Positions 63,043 through 64,000 of a stretch of DNA of 64,000 nt are shown here, piece by piece. The notes beneath the pieces are model-generated. The model was not told where the DNA came from. It saw only the letters and a list, made by a program, of their open reading frames with translations, and did not search any database. Within the stretch, counting starts at the first letter, position 1, and each line of letters opens with the position of its first letter. Made by a program: the position numbers and the translations under genes. The DNA is from Desulfatiglandales bacterium (GTDB taxonomy: Bacteria > Desulfobacterota > DSM-4660 > Desulfatiglandales > HGW-15). The stretch covers positions 3,648,001 through 3,712,000 of the forward strand of contig CAXXJJ010000004.1 in the NCBI GenBank assembly GCA_963667015.2. The letters are read 5' to 3'.

Positions 63043-63070
63043 TTGACATAGCAAATTTAGATACTATAAT
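63043..63070 (+). promoter_or_regulatory. Sigma-70 promoter upstream of feoB
   Basis: TTGACA-16bp-TATAAT. Confidence 0.7.
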
Positions 63071-63188
63071 TGGAAACAGTTTTATATTTACAGCGAATAT
63101 AATTAATTTTTACCAACTAAACCCGGATCGATCAGTTAACCACTTTTCGATCCGGTTTTTATTATATGTGTTTCCGGAGGTTTTACTC

Positions 63189-64000
63189 TTGAGCCCGAGC
63201 GGTCACGATACTAAAAAGCAGCTTGATTACATTGAGAAGGACAAAATAATACTTGTCGGAAATCCCAATGTGGGCAAAAGTGTCATCTTCGGGCTTTTAA
63301 CCGGGAAATATGTCACAGTATCCAATTATCCCGGAACAACGGTAGAGGTCTCCAGGGCCTTTTCTCGTTTCGGCAAAAAAAAATATCTGGTGATAGATAC
63401 CCCCGGGACAAACAGCCTCATCCCGCAGTCTGAAGACGAAAAGGTTACCCGTGATATCCTTCTTGAAGAAGAGGCTGAAATAGTTGTTCAGGTGGCTGAT
63501 TCAAAAAATCTGAGAAGAGGTCTTTCAATAAGCCTTCAGCTGTCAGAGATGGAAATCCCCTTTGTTCTTGACATAAACATGATTGATGAGGCCAGGAGCA
63601 GGGGCATATATATTGATGCAAAAAAACTTTCTCAACTCCTCGGAACTGAGGTAATACCAACCGTTGCCACACGCAGGCAGGGAATTAATCAGCTCGTAAA
63701 AAGTATAGCAAATCCGGTTAAGCCGAACGTAACTGTAGACTATGGCGAAAATATAGAATCCGTAATACACAGAATACAGGATCTGGTTTCCGAAAAGGAA
63801 AAAATTACCAGATTGATTGCAATAATGTTTCTGGCAGGAGAACACGGAATAGAGAAATGGTTTTCCGGCCGGTTCGGAATGGATGCCCTTGAAAAGGCTG
63901 AATCAATTAGACATTCATTGCAATCCGGATATTCATCACCTCTCAGCTATATAATTAATAAACGCCGGATGGCAAAGGTTGATGAAATATTAAAAGAGGT
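63189..64000 (+). CDS. feoB: Ferrous iron transporter FeoB (3' truncated by window)
   Basis: Manual translation: TTG after GGAGG; GNPNVGKS, NYPGTTVE, DTPG, NMIDE G-protein motifs. Confidence 0.93.
   Translation, partial: MSPSGHDTKKQLDYIEKDKIILVGNPNVGKSVIFGLLTGKYVTVSNYPGTTVEVSRAFSRFGKKKYLVIDTPGTNSLIPQSEDEKVTRDILLEEEAEIVVQVADSKNLRRGLSISLQLSEMEIPFVLDINMIDEARSRGIYIDAKKLSQLLGTEVIPTVATRRQGINQLVKSIANPVKPNVTVDYGENIESVIHRIQDLVSEKEKITRLIAIMFLAGEHGIEKWFSGRFGMDALEKAESIRHSLQSGYSSPLSYIINKRRMAKVDEILKE

Overview
Bacterial chromosomal window. Gene content and order suggest a deltaproteobacterium/Desulfobacterota (inference). Housekeeping blocks: secD-yajC-tgt-queA; alr-argS-SPOR-GNAT-tatA/B-tatC; grpE-dnaK; purC; clpB; hisD; gap-tpiA-secG; kdsA-kdsC-lptCAB-rpoN-hpf-ptsN; DUF39-cbiQO; feoB. 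Two accessory regions stand out. (1) 16.1-24.3 kb: a putative sigma-54-driven envelope cluster encoding a TPR+beta-barrel (Slam/type XI secretion-like) protein, Skp, a tandem-domain lytic transglycosylase and a 1408-aa FecR-domain surface protein. (2) About 29.9-50.5 kb, between the inward-facing 3' ends of tRNA-Glu and tRNA-Leu: a complete type 1 BREX system, a cNMP/PilZ/FHA signalling trio, and an AT-rich three-gene module I do not recognise. That module is a 68-aa acidic peptide with an internal repeat, a terminator hairpin, a 766-aa protein with three Lrp/AsnC-like repeats plus an HExxH..E motif, and a 412-aa HD-domain protein. It is the best candidate for an undescribed (probably defence/conflict) system. 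All calls come from reading motifs by eye; no database searches were run.
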